This document shows positions 32,556 to 43,468 of a DNA stretch of 64,000 nucleotides, one piece after another. Where the stretch lies: NCBI GenBank assembly GCA_000091205.1, contig AP006490.2; one strand, given 5' to 3'. The notes below the pieces were generated by a model, which did not search any database, had not been told where the DNA came from, and saw only the letters and a program-made list of their open reading frames with translations. The translations under genes were made by a program, and so were the position numbers. The first letter of the stretch is position 1; each line of letters begins with the position of its first letter. The stretch comes from Cyanidioschyzon merolae. Its lineage: Eukaryota.

Positions 32556-33063
32556 TGGACGAAACGGCACTTCGTGCCGGCGTTGCACACCAGGCCGCGC
32601 TGCACAGGTTGTTCACAACTTGGTGGTATTTCGGGTGCTTCCGGGAACCAGCACCAGACGACGCTCTTGACGTGGGCGAGAACCAAGCGCACTGAACTCA
32701 ACTAAAGCTCTAGATTTGCCTACGGTGGTAAACATACGCGTCAAGTGGGAGGCTTCAAAACCAAGCTTCGAGGCCGACACTGTTGCGGAGCGCTTCCTGT
32801 CCCGTGCGTTCCGCGTCTTCGAGTGGACCCGCTGCCTTCGAGATCCGCAACTTCGCGTAGCTGTCGTCGTTCTGACTGTAAGTGAGGATACCGGATTCGT
32901 GGCCGGACACGGACGGAGCTGCTGCTGCTGCCGCCGCTTTCTAGCAAACGACCAGCGCAACTCTTGATTAACAAAGCTGCACGGGCGTCAAGTTCGAGTC
33001 GCTGCTCAAGGCGCACGAGCTCAGAAGCTTTGCTTTTGTTTTTCAACCCGAGTAGCGAAACGT

Positions 33064-35730
33064 GTGACACGAGACGAGGTTCGCACACGCAATCGAGAGG
33101 CAAATCTCACGAAGCAACGAGGAGGCAAGTATCGAGCACGTGAGAACATGAAGGAGGACGGAGAAACTCGCACCCGTTTCTGGGCGTCCCAAACCGATGG
33201 TACGGGAGTTATAGCGGACGATCCCTGGCTGGAGCCCTTCCAGCACGATTTGCGATACCGTTACGCGCAGTATCTTGCCAAAAAGAAAGCCATTGAGGCA
33301 AACGAGGGCGGACTGGACAAGTTCACCCAGGGCTATCGGCTTTTCGGGTTCAACCTCACGGATGATGGGATATGGTATCGCGAATGGGCCCCAAACGCAG
33401 CTGAAGTGTTCCTTACCGGAGATTTCAATGGGTGGAACCGACGCAGCCACCCATTGAAACGAGAGGAGTTCGGTCGATGGAGCATATTTTTGCCGAATAA
33501 TGAGGATGGGTCTCGTGCGATTCCACACTACACGAAGCTCAAGGTGTTGATCGTCACGCCGACTGGGATGGAACTCATGCGCAATCCGGCATGGAGCAAG
33601 TTTCTCATCCAGAACCCTGACACCTATCTCTACGACACGTTGTTTTGGAATCCGCCACCTGAATGGACGTACCACTGGCAGCACCCGACGCATGTGAAAC
33701 GTCAGGATGCGCTGCGCATCTACGAATGCCATGTGGGCATGTCATCAAATGAGCCGCGAATAGGTACCTACGCGGAATTCCGGGATGTGGTGCTGCCGCG
33801 TGTCAAAAAGCTAGGCTATACTGCGATTCAGATTATGGCTATCATGGAGCACGCTTACTATGCTTCGTTCGGATACCACGTAACGAACTTTTTTGCCTGT
33901 AGCTCCCGGTGCGGGACACCCGAGGACCTCAAGTCGCTTATTGATACAGCGCATGCGATGGGCCTGCAGGTGCTCATGGATGTGGTGCATTCCCATGCAT
34001 CATCGAACATTTTGGACGGTATCAACCATTTCGACGGAACAGACAATTTGTATTTCCACGCTGGCGAGCGGGGATATCACCGCTTGTGGGATTCACGCTG
34101 TTTCGACTATGGAAGCTGGGAGGTGCTTCGCTTTTTGCTCTCCAATTTGCGCTGGTGGATGGATGAATACCATTTTGACGGATTCCGCTTCGATGGGGTA
34201 ACCTCTATGCTGTACACGCATCACGGGATAGGCATGAGCTTCTCCGGTGATTACCGGGAGTATTTCGGCCTTCACATCGATATGGATGCATGCGTTTACC
34301 TCATGCTAGCCAACGATTTTCTGCATACGTTCTACCCCGATGTCGCGCTCACTATTGCCGAGGATGTAAGCGGTATGCCAACGCTCTGCCGACCGGTCTC
34401 CGAAGGCGGTATAGGCTTCGACTATAGGCTGGCCATGGCGATACCAGACAAGTGGATCGAACTGCTCAAAAAGAGCGATGAGGAATGGGATATGGGAAAT
34501 ATCGCCTTCACGTTGATGAATCGCCGATACAAGGAGAAATCCGTGGCATACTGCGAGTCGCATGACCAAGCGCTGGTTGGCGACAAAACCATTGCATTCT
34601 GGCTTATGGACAAGGAAATGTACGATCATATGGCGCGTGATTCGGCGCCGAGCCTGCTCATTGACCGGGGCATTGCGCTGCACAAAATGATTCGCCTGAT
34701 CACATACGGCCTTGGCGGCGAGGCGTACCTCAATTTTATGGGTAACGAGTTCGGACATCCGGAGTGGATTGATTTTCCTCGAGAGGGTAACAACTTTTCG
34801 TACCACCATGCGCGCCGCCGATGGGATCTAGCGGATAACCCTTCTCTCAAGTACAATTTCCTGCAGCAGTTCGACATCAACATGCACGATATCGACACCA
34901 AGTATCCGTTTTGCCGCCCGGATAATCACCAGTGGCTTGTGCTTGCCCATCGCGATGATCACGTCATTGCATTCGAGCGCGGTGATCGACTGCTCTTCGT
35001 TTTCAATTTCCATCCCACTCGATCGTACAACGATTACCGAATTGGTGTCTGGTGGCCGGGCAAGTATCACATTGTGCTCGATACGGACAGTTGGGATACA
35101 GGAGGTCAGGGTCGCGTCCACTGGGATATCATTTACGAAACCAAGGCGGAATCTTGGCACGGACGGCCGCACTACCTGCAATTGTACTTGCCATGTCGGA
35201 CCGCGCAAGTCTATCGCTGTTTCGAAATGGCCGGTACCGAGCTGGTCGACAACGAAGCGCGCGCCGGCACACGACACGAAGGGTTGCAGCCTCCCGCGGA
35301 GCGACCCGCCGTCGACGGCGACGCTGCAGCCTCGAGCGATGCTGCTGGACGCGGGCCAGCGACAGCGGCAGCGGCTGGCGAGCAACCACCCCAAGTGACG
35401 CCCGAGGTCGCGGCACAATCCGAGACCCCGTCGCAGTCGGCGGCGATCGCGACGCTACCGCGAGGCGGCGACGCCGATGCCGCTGACGTTGCTCAGAGTA
35501 GCACCATCGCCCCGAATGCATCATCTGCTCAACATTCGGAGCGTGCGACACCGGCGCAGGAGAGCATGCAAGCGGCGGATGATTCCTCGCGTCCGTCGCC
35601 GGCAGCCGAAACGGCAACCGCTGCGCCCCAAAGCGCCGCTGACCCATCAACGGATCGCCGTTCGGGTAGCACAGATCGCCGCGAACATGCCGAGCGGAAG
35701 CGCCGAGGCCTCTTCGGGCGCTGGGGATAG
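33064..35730 (+). CDS. 1,4-alpha-glucan branching enzyme (GH13, eukaryotic GBE1 type). It carries a C-terminal low-complexity A/S/P/D-rich tail of about 190 aa. The start is probably M29 at 33148.
   Basis: Colinear match across about 680 aa, including 'GYHVTNFFA', '[10 protein letters not shown]', '[12 protein letters not shown]' and '[14 protein letters not shown]'. Confidence 0.95.
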   Translation: MTRDEVRTRNREANLTKQRGGKYRARENMKEDGETRTRFWASQTDGTGVIADDPWLEPFQHDLRYRYAQYLAKKKAIEANEGGLDKFTQGYRLFGFNLTDDGIWYREWAPNAAEVFLTGDFNGWNRRSHPLKREEFGRWSIFLPNNEDGSRAIPHYTKLKVLIVTPTGMELMRNPAWSKFLIQNPDTYLYDTLFWNPPPEWTYHWQHPTHVKRQDALRIYECHVGMSSNEPRIGTYAEFRDVVLPRVKKLGYTAIQIMAIMEHAYYASFGYHVTNFFACSSRCGTPEDLKSLIDTAHAMGLQVLMDVVHSHASSNILDGINHFDGTDNLYFHAGERGYHRLWDSRCFDYGSWEVLRFLLSNLRWWMDEYHFDGFRFDGVTSMLYTHHGIGMSFSGDYREYFGLHIDMDACVYLMLANDFLHTFYPDVALTIAEDVSGMPTLCRPVSEGGIGFDYRLAMAIPDKWIELLKKSDEEWDMGNIAFTLMNRRYKEKSVAYCESHDQALVGDKTIAFWLMDKEMYDHMARDSAPSLLIDRGIALHKMIRLITYGLGGEAYLNFMGNEFGHPEWIDFPREGNNFSYHHARRRWDLADNPSLKYNFLQQFDINMHDIDTKYPFCRPDNHQWLVLAHRDDHVIAFERGDRLLFVFNFHPTRSYNDYRIGVWWPGKYHIVLDTDSWDTGGQGRVHWDIIYETKAESWHGRPHYLQLYLPCRTAQVYRCFEMAGTELVDNEARAGTRHEGLQPPAERPAVDGDAAASSDAAGRGPATAAAAGEQPPQVTPEVAAQSETPSQSAAIATLPRGGDADAADVAQSSTIAPNASSAQHSERATPAQESMQAADDSSRPSPAAETATAAPQSAADPSTDRRSGSTDRREHAERKRRGLFGRWG

Positions 35731-36242
35731 ACTCGGGTTTATGGAAACGAAAACGACATAGGATGCGTTATAAATTCGTGTGTGAACGTAGTATCGTCTG
35801 ATCGTTTACCGAGGCAGGTTGCGAAACGAGGCGATGTACCAGAGTCCGACGACAACACCATCATTACTGCTACAGTCATCATCGGCGCACTCTGGTGGTC
35901 CTCCTCGTTCGATATCGGTCGGTATCGACGGAGCGGTCGCCATTTCTGCTGTCTGGGAGCAGGTTCCATGCGCTGGTGCTTGCCGCTAAGCGCTCGCAGC
36001 CAAGCGGATTCCGCAAAGTCGCTCCAGGGGTGAAGCACTCCGCTCCAAACATGCGGTTTGGTCGACGTATCATCAACACAGCTGGTGTATGTTAGCATTC
36101 TACCCTAGGCGAGACATCGAGTGCAGCAAGCGCATGGCAAGCATGAGGCGGTTTCTCAACGTTCTCTTCATGAGCCTGTTGTGTTCACCGTTCGTTTGAA
36201 TCATCTGGACCACGACACACGCATTCGTCGACGATGATGCAG

Positions 36243-37019
36243 CTACGATGCAGCCGCATCAACGTCGACTTTGGCTAGCCGAACGGCACGGGCCACGTTC
36301 GTTGGCAAAATCTTCAAGGCTCGGGCGAGTCTCGTGGGTACCATGCGCATCACTATGGCGATGTCGCGGTAGAGCTCCTGCTTCGTGGGAATCTTACCCA
36401 CGCGCGCCATAGAGTCGCCATCGTATAATTGTCCTTCAAGCACGCCGCCTCGGATTTTGTTGGTTTGCTCCAGCTTGAGCTCCTCGATAACTGCCTCGTA
36501 CGCTCGAATGGCGGCCGGCAAGTCATCGAGATTTTCGGCGAGGAACCAGAAGTTGGCGAGCTTCAGGAGCGGCTTTGCGAGCAGAGCATCCTCGCCCTCT
36601 TTCGAGGTCGACTGTAACCAGGTGACGCCGTTTGCTGCTTTTTGGAAATACGAGTTTTTAATAACCTTGCAGTGCACTGTAGCTGGAAGCGAGCTTTTGA
36701 GCCGCTCGAGCTGCTGGTGCTTCAGTCCCTCAAGAGGCAACGCAACCACAGCCTCCGCCTTGCGCAACTGTTCACGAAGGCTTTGGACTATAGCCTCCTT
36801 CTGTGCCCGGGTTTGGTGTCCCATGTGCAAACCTGGGAGCACACGGCGTGCTGCTGCGCTCGGACGCCGCGGTGCGCTGATGCACACGGAGCCGGAGCCC
36901 CAAAACCCTTGTTTTGCGCGCGGTTCTAGACCACACTGGGTAACGCTTGATACGAAAGCGTGCATATGGTATTGCCCACGAGAAACGTAGTTGGGTTCAG
37001 CGTGTACAGTGTTATACAC
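36243..37019 (-). CDS. rplJ: Bacterial-type 50S ribosomal protein L10 (bL10), organellar, with an N-terminal presequence of about 65 aa.
   Basis: 'QKEAIVQSLREQLRKAEAVVALPLEGLKHQQLERLKSSLPATVHCKVIKNSYFQKA' fits the bL10 N-domain pattern. Confidence 0.75.
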   Translation of the reverse strand: MYNTVHAEPNYVSRGQYHMHAFVSSVTQCGLEPRAKQGFWGSGSVCISAPRRPSAAARRVLPGLHMGHQTRAQKEAIVQSLREQLRKAEAVVALPLEGLKHQQLERLKSSLPATVHCKVIKNSYFQKAANGVTWLQSTSKEGEDALLAKPLLKLANFWFLAENLDDLPAAIRAYEAVIEELKLEQTNKIRGGVLEGQLYDGDSMARVGKIPTKQELYRDIAIVMRMVPTRLARALKILPTNVARAVRLAKVDVDAAAS

Positions 37020-37405
37020 CGGCTAGTCGTCCGCGTTTTGCGTCGCGTAGACAGAAGCGCGGGCGTGATGCCTCGCCTGCGTTCGCACACGCGTACGCAC
37101 GCGCACGGGCGCAGGGCGCCATCGGCGACTGCGGCGGCGCACAGCGGCCCGCCGTAGCGTCGATCAGAATGCGACGCATAAACGGTATAAAGCGGTATTG
37201 CGAGGCCAGAGTTGGATATAATGGTCAGGCGCACGTGTATCGCTGCATCGATGCGCAATCGACGATACGAGCAGGGGCACTGTGTGGCACGGGCACTCGT
37301 GTCCGATACATACGCAACGGGGAACTGCTCATTGTGTTCCTGGACGATGATGTATATCCCCGAGCCTTTGTTATATGTAGAGTCTCGACAATCAAAATGA
37401 AGAAA

Positions 37406-38610
37406 CCGGGTTGAAGGATTCATGAGTAGTTTCAGGAGTCTCGATCGTCGTTGCCGGGCAGCCGCTTAGCCGCGTGGCTGCTGGTATTCGTTACGGCACC
37501 GGGATCAAGGTGCATCGCGACGCCCGCGAATTAAGGTTCGTAATATAGTCGACTCGTATACCGATGCATGCGTTCGAGCCGGCACTCTTCGCCTTTTCTA
37601 GCGTTCAGTACGCTCACGTCACGCATAGTTCGCGCCTTCGATCGTGCGGTTTCCCAGCAACAACACATGGGCGCAGCAGTTCGCGCTGCCCCACTGACGA
37701 GGAAGCGTACGCGCCGTCATCGCTTGAACGAATTGCTCAGAGGCACACACACCGAGCATTCACTGCACTGGGCACCTGCAATACTCGATTCCACTCGAAT
37801 GATGCATCGTCCATGCTTGTGCCCATCGACGCAACCGCACGCAACCGCATCCAGCAGCAGCAGCAGCAGCAGTAACAGCAACAACAACAACATAGTACAT
37901 CTCACGGGATACGCTCGGGGAAGCTCCCGTCTCTTTCCTATAGACGGAAAAGGGTCGTGCACCAGGGCTCGCGTCATCGCGGCGATCATATGCCGTGGAG
38001 CGTGCGACACCGCGTTGCATGGACGCAGCTCAGCCGGATCGACTGTGTGTTTGCGTCATGGAGTTTCCTTGCTGCACGTGCTCCACCAGGGACAGCATCG
38101 CGATCCACAAATCCGCCAGTGAATGGAATAGTGTGTACGCTTGCGCGCCCAGCGGACGCGGGACTTGTTGCCCTGATCGCCCGCAGCAGGTCCGTGGTCG
38201 TAGCGTGCGATACCAGTCGCGGGAGCGTGGGGGCGTATGCAGGCGAGCACGCTGTACCCGTTCGGATCCTGGAACCAAGGGATGAAGCGAGCGCCTACTC
38301 GCCGCAGCGCAGCGCTCGGTGCCTGACATGTGGTGGACGCGCACGGGAAGCGCCTCTCGGTAGTCACGCGTGACTGCTCCTGAGCCATGCCGCCGTTGTA
38401 TGCAAACCAGATGGACATGAATAACGACGCGTCGATCGCAACGACCACCTGCGCGTGAAATGCGTTGAGCACAGCCGGGCTCCGCCGGATCGGGACTCGA
38501 ATGGTGCCATCAGCATCCCTCGAGTGTTGATCATAGAGCCAGAGGGAACAGAGAGACCAGCGTATTGGAAATCGGCGGTAACAGAGACAGAATGTGAGCA
38601 GTCGGTGAAC
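37406..38610 (+). repeat. Copy 2 of the 1.2-kb direct repeat.
   Basis: About 98% identical to 30990-32200. The CAG tract is longer (37851-37892) and contains TAA, which breaks the 266-aa + ORF seen in copy 1. Confidence 0.95.
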
Positions 38611-39753
38611 AAACCGGCAAGGGCTGGTGTTCATAACCACGGGAATAGATGCAAACTATAGTAGATATGCGCGCGTTGACAAAGCTTTACATTTTATTCC
38701 TGCATTGTTGGAGAGCGTACACCCGAACTGGCCAATGGACCTGTTCCGTTCTATTCTTTCGTGGGTGTAAACGTCCCGGGGATAGTCCATGCACCGAACC
38801 CGAATTCCTCGGATGTGCGATTGCTATCGGCCGCCAGGATAGCCGCAGTCACTTCTCTCCTGGTGCGTCTACGTTCGACAGACCTCTAGACCACTCCCCT
38901 GGTTGGCGATAGAGCTTCGATCAACCCTGCGAACCTGCAGGTGCCGAGCGTGCCGCACACGCTCGATATCCGGACGGATGCGCCGCTGCCGCCGACCGCA
39001 AAGAGAACGGCACTCCAGTGCCTTGACAGACACCAGCTCAAAATCTAGCGCATGGACACGAAGCGTTCTCCCGGTTGGGCAGCGTTCGCCCTGCACACCA
39101 GTAGGTATACGCGTTCACATAGTCCGTGTACACAAATGCGCTTGGGATCCTTTCGGGCCTGGGACCGCTGATGAGAGTGCTCTAATGGTATCCACGTACA
39201 GTAACGGCTGTTACGAGCCAGGACGCGTGTCACCTCTGTATCCTGGACTGCGAGAGTCGACATCCCATTGAATGTAGACAAGTGGACTGGGTGAGGGACT
39301 CAAAATCTCGGACCCAGCCTCTGCGCCCTGTACACGGGACTTTTATTCCTGCAGCGGTGCATAAAACCGTTGTTCACAACGTACGCATACTAGCATGACC
39401 GAAGTATCCGTTCACAGCTTCAAGGCTTATACTCGTACGACACGAAACTCGGAAGTTGGTCGATCGGCGCCTTCGCCAAGTTGCCCCAAAATCGCTGCAA
39501 CACCGTCCGTGCAGCCTTCACCGCACTCTATGCACAAGAACAGCGGCGCCTTGCGTTCATCACTACAGTTCAGCGGTTCGTTGTATGCAAACCAGCAACC
39601 ATACGACGGGACAAATGTCTCGCTGGTCGCTTGCAAGCGTGCTCCATGCACCGCGTTCAGCCAAACGCTCTGGCGTTGAACGCTCATCCACAGTGGCCCT
39701 GCGTATCGCACGATGATCCCGTGTCGACGTGCCGCTGCGTTGATCACAAAGCT

Positions 39754-39798
39754 GCCGCCGCCGCCGCCCCGAGTATCGACGGCGGCGGCGGCGGCGGC
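39754..39798. repeat. Perfect triplet palindrome (GCC)5-cc-gagtatcgac-(GGC)6, with hairpin or cruciform potential.
   Basis: Direct read of the sequence. Confidence 0.9.
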
Positions 39799-40508
39799 AT
39801 GCAGCAGCACTGCCCGGAGCCTTCCTTGTTGCGCTGGTAGCGTACGCTACTCGTGCTAAGCGCGAACGTTCGTTTCCGTTTCGAACTGCGCAACGCTAGC
39901 TTCGGTACCTTTGGTGCAGTGCAGCGTCTACGTGTGCAGCAGGTGACGCCCTCCGCATCGTTGTGCTAGGTGGAGAGTTCGGCTTTCAGGAGTCTTCTCG
40001 GGGAGCGAACCTGCAGCTTCAGCACCGCTTTCCACGAAACCGCAAAGGTACGAGTGATTGTCGCTGGAGCCTCGCGGACGACGACTCCGGGGGGTCGCAC
40101 TCGATACGAAGTGCGCATCGGGCAAGTCTCGCCCACAGTATCTCGTAGGGGCGCTTTCTAGAACGGTCTGAGCTACATTTTACGTTGCTGCTTCGTCGTT
40201 CCAGACAAAGACGGCGTCTCACGTGCGACGAGCCTTCAGCGTGCGCTGTGCCCAGAGTAAGGGAAGAGAACTCGCTGGGTGTATTCCGCACGCTCGCACA
40301 AGTTACGAGGAGCGCAGCGCGCACGACCTGACCGAGCCAAGTCCCAGACGCAAGCTGTAACCTGAACATTGCGCTGGCTGTCTTGTGCAGCGTTAAAGTT
40401 TGTGCACGAGAACAGCGAGCCGTCAGAGAGGGGAAACCGAGTCTCAGACCCTTGGTCTGATAACGAGTGTGAAATCAGCGGGCAGCTTGCGCCGTTCAGG
40501 CTACACCC

Positions 40509-43265
40509 TTGGAACAGTACTCGGTTGGCTTGTGCTCGCACCGGGTCTCGCTGAAGCTGCGCTGCGCTGCGCTCGTGATCATGTGGACAGCGTTCACGAA
40601 CGGTGTTGTTGTTGTTCCGGGCGGATTCACGCTTGGTGCTATCCGTGCGAAATGGTTCGGAACGGTATCGGGAAATCCCTTGACGAAACAACTTCGGAGG
40701 CATTCAGCGAAATTCGCTCAATCTGTACGATGGACAGAGCACATTCGCCGGGATGGACGTCGCGGATGGCGCATGCAGGACGCTGGCAGCGAGGGCGCCA
40801 GCCTCTTCATAGAGGGCCCTCACACTTCCGCAAAGAATCAGCATTCGTGGGACGCAGGCGATGATGCAGTCTCAGCGCCGGAATCTGCGAACAAGGTCAA
40901 GAAGGGCTCGCGAACAACCTTGGAAGGCGATGCTGATGCCAATCCACCGAATGAACAGCATACGAGCGAGACCAGCACCAACAAGAGATCCATGTCGGTC
41001 GCAGACTCCACCTTAGCGAGCAAGCCAGGCGCCGGAGGTAGCGCGCAAACGCGGAGTCGACAGTCTCGGAGAAAAGCAAGCTCGACTCAGGCTACCAGTC
41101 GAGAGATAGCCCGAACGGAAGCAGCAGCTGGTGAAACGGGTAGTATTGAGCAGGCTGCGGAGGCGCCGGTGCCTGCGCAAGCCAAGACGAAGCGTCGCTC
41201 ACGAAAGAAGAGCGACCAAAACTCGGCTGCAGAGTCGACGGAAGATACCGAGTCCGCTGTAGTTGCAGATGACGCATCGGAAGCACCTGGTCATCGTCAG
41301 GTACACTCATTGGGAACGCAAAAGCAGACAACCAGGTCGTCATCGACATCGCGCACTACAGGAAGCAAGGCACGGAAGAAGCGCGATGAGAGCGTGTCAA
41401 ATGGGCAGCTTCCTCCAGCAGATGTTGAATCCCTGCCAGCAGATGCTTCATCCGTTATACCTGATCCTGCAATGAAAACTCTTGAGGTTAACGCCGACGC
41501 AGCGGTTACGACGGTCGCCAACTCGCGTGTATTTAACGCCGCGGATGAGCATTTGGACGAAGAACCCGCAGAACAGAGCCGCGTCGGGATACAGTCACGT
41601 ACACCTAGATCCAAAAAGGCAACAAGAAGGTCAGAAAAAAGCACATCTCGTGGCTCATCCACGACGTTTTCAACCGATGGGTCGGCTCCGAATTCGGGAG
41701 AAAGTACCGTATACGGGTCGCCAGGTGAAGCCGGTCCCGTTGCACAACACGTACCCGCAGAGATGTCTGACCTTGGAACAAACTTGTCTGCGAGAGCAAG
41801 TGAGAACGACGAGGACAACAACGACGAGCTGAATGCGAGTTCAACAGATTTCTTCGGGGGGCAAGCTGATCTGGCGCTAGATGATGATATCGAAACGGAT
41901 TTCGACGTGGCGGCTTTGCAGGATGCGAACATTGCCGACGCATTTGATGGTGAGACGCCCACCGATTCGAGCTTTGCATGGGAAAGAGATCCTATAGAAC
42001 GTGCCAGAGAGCGGGCAAAGGCAGCGCATGAGCGAATGCCATCCGAACTGAGGTTCAGAAGCGAGACATCCTCGACAGAGCATTCGTTTCCGGATGAATC
42101 TGAGCCCGTAACCGATTTCGACGAATACGCATGGTATGAGAACGAGCCACTGGTCGCTCCTGAGAGTCCGTTCCAGAAAGCCTACCAACGACTCATTCAT
42201 TCGCATATCTCATACAAGGAGATGGATCGATGGAGTCAGGGTGGTGAACCGCCCCGCGTTCTGGGCTTGCTGTTTGGACCACCGGAACCGCCCCCGATCC
42301 CGACTCCTGGTCAACGGTTCCAAGTCGATGAGGGTCCTCCTCTACCGATTCCCGATCGTCCGGTCTGGAAGAGCCGCGACCAGGCGTCATCGGACCTGAA
42401 CAATACGGATTTGCTCACGGATATTGGCTTTGCGACGAGCTCCGATGAGGACATCGAGCAAGCTCTGGAGGAACTTCTCCAACGGGATGCTCGGACTGGT
42501 GGCGGTCGATTTCGGACGCAAGCGAACAAGAAAAACGACATCGACGCCTTTGATTTTGACACCCAAGGCATGGGCTTTGCTGATTCGGCGTTCACAGAGG
42601 CATCAGATGCACGATCTGGTGAGTCTCTGGGCATTCCCGGAAGTCAGGATGATCCAGCTTGGGGCGATTTCGGTGGCCCAGCATCGACCACTGCAGATGC
42701 TGAAACCGCTTCGGCAACCGATGAGTATGAGCCGTACCGGCTGCGGTTCGCCAACGAAGCGTTCCCCGATGACGAGAGCACCGCCGGTCCAGATGCGAAC
42801 GAGCATAGCGAGAGTGCCAGATCACCGCGACTCGGTGGGTCGGGTAGCAGTGCGCGCTGGGGTCCAGCCCGCAAACGCCTCGAGGACGAAGAGGAAGAGC
42901 GGCGACGAGCCGGTAACCCGAGTCCGCGTATAGCAGATGAACAGCGAATCGCCGGTGTTCTCACGATGCCGGAGACGTTTCCAGCACAGTACGAATTGCG
43001 CCTCCTGTTACGGAACCCGGTACCCAACGAAGCTGTGGAGCGTATCCTCCAGGACGTTGAATCGATTCTACGTTGCGAGGTGGAAGAGGACGCTTTCTGG
43101 ATCGAGCTCGTGGGCGATATGAAACGAGTGGTTGTTCGGGTTCGCGTCCAGAGCGCGTCGCAGATCGACAGCCTCTACAATCAGCTTTGCACTCACACGA
43201 CGATCGCTGCGATGCACGGTGACCAAATCGATGGTATCATTGGACGGGATGAGGAGTTCGTTTAA
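40509..43265 (+). CDS. Hypothetical acidic S/T/E/D-rich low-complexity protein (up to 918 aa). The true start is uncertain.
   Basis: Long uninterrupted ORF whose composition suggests intrinsic disorder. The C-terminal 100 aa are more ordered ('YELRLLLRNPVPNEAVERILQDVESILRCEVEEDAFWIELVGDMKRVVVRV'). Confidence 0.4.
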   Translation: MEQYSVGLCSHRVSLKLRCAALVIMWTAFTNGVVVVPGGFTLGAIRAKWFGTVSGNPLTKQLRRHSAKFAQSVRWTEHIRRDGRRGWRMQDAGSEGASLFIEGPHTSAKNQHSWDAGDDAVSAPESANKVKKGSRTTLEGDADANPPNEQHTSETSTNKRSMSVADSTLASKPGAGGSAQTRSRQSRRKASSTQATSREIARTEAAAGETGSIEQAAEAPVPAQAKTKRRSRKKSDQNSAAESTEDTESAVVADDASEAPGHRQVHSLGTQKQTTRSSSTSRTTGSKARKKRDESVSNGQLPPADVESLPADASSVIPDPAMKTLEVNADAAVTTVANSRVFNAADEHLDEEPAEQSRVGIQSRTPRSKKATRRSEKSTSRGSSTTFSTDGSAPNSGESTVYGSPGEAGPVAQHVPAEMSDLGTNLSARASENDEDNNDELNASSTDFFGGQADLALDDDIETDFDVAALQDANIADAFDGETPTDSSFAWERDPIERARERAKAAHERMPSELRFRSETSSTEHSFPDESEPVTDFDEYAWYENEPLVAPESPFQKAYQRLIHSHISYKEMDRWSQGGEPPRVLGLLFGPPEPPPIPTPGQRFQVDEGPPLPIPDRPVWKSRDQASSDLNNTDLLTDIGFATSSDEDIEQALEELLQRDARTGGGRFRTQANKKNDIDAFDFDTQGMGFADSAFTEASDARSGESLGIPGSQDDPAWGDFGGPASTTADAETASATDEYEPYRLRFANEAFPDDESTAGPDANEHSESARSPRLGGSGSSARWGPARKRLEDEEEERRRAGNPSPRIADEQRIAGVLTMPETFPAQYELRLLLRNPVPNEAVERILQDVESILRCEVEEDAFWIELVGDMKRVVVRVRVQSASQIDSLYNQLCTHTTIAAMHGDQIDGIIGRDEEFV

Positions 43266-43468
43266 CCCCGATGCTCGCTGAGTCGTGAGCCTCTCGCGAT
43301 ACCACAAATCGCGAGCGTGAATCCCGAAGCATTCGATGCATCGATGCACGCGACATACGTACGGTAAATGCGTACTTTTCAGGTGTGCGATCCGTTCTGG
43401 TAACCGACTCGCATGCTGTCTCTAATCTGTGTCGTCACAAGCTTCCGTACCAGTAGAGGAACCGCAGT

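Noticed and set aside
32941-33010. Possible tRNA, from a T-loop-like 'gttcgagtc' at about 32984
   Set aside because: The flanking bases do not form a 5-bp T-stem, and no acceptor-stem or D-arm pairing is evident. No other GGTTCGAATCC-like boxes were spotted by eye. A tRNAscan run would be needed to exclude tRNAs formally.
30990-38610. LTR retrotransposon, with the 1.2-kb direct repeats as LTRs
   Set aside because: The internal 5.2 kb encodes the host genes GBE and bL10 on opposite strands. I saw no gag, protease, RT or integrase motifs, no TG...CA termini and no PBS/PPT, and the repeat edges decay gradually rather than ending sharply.
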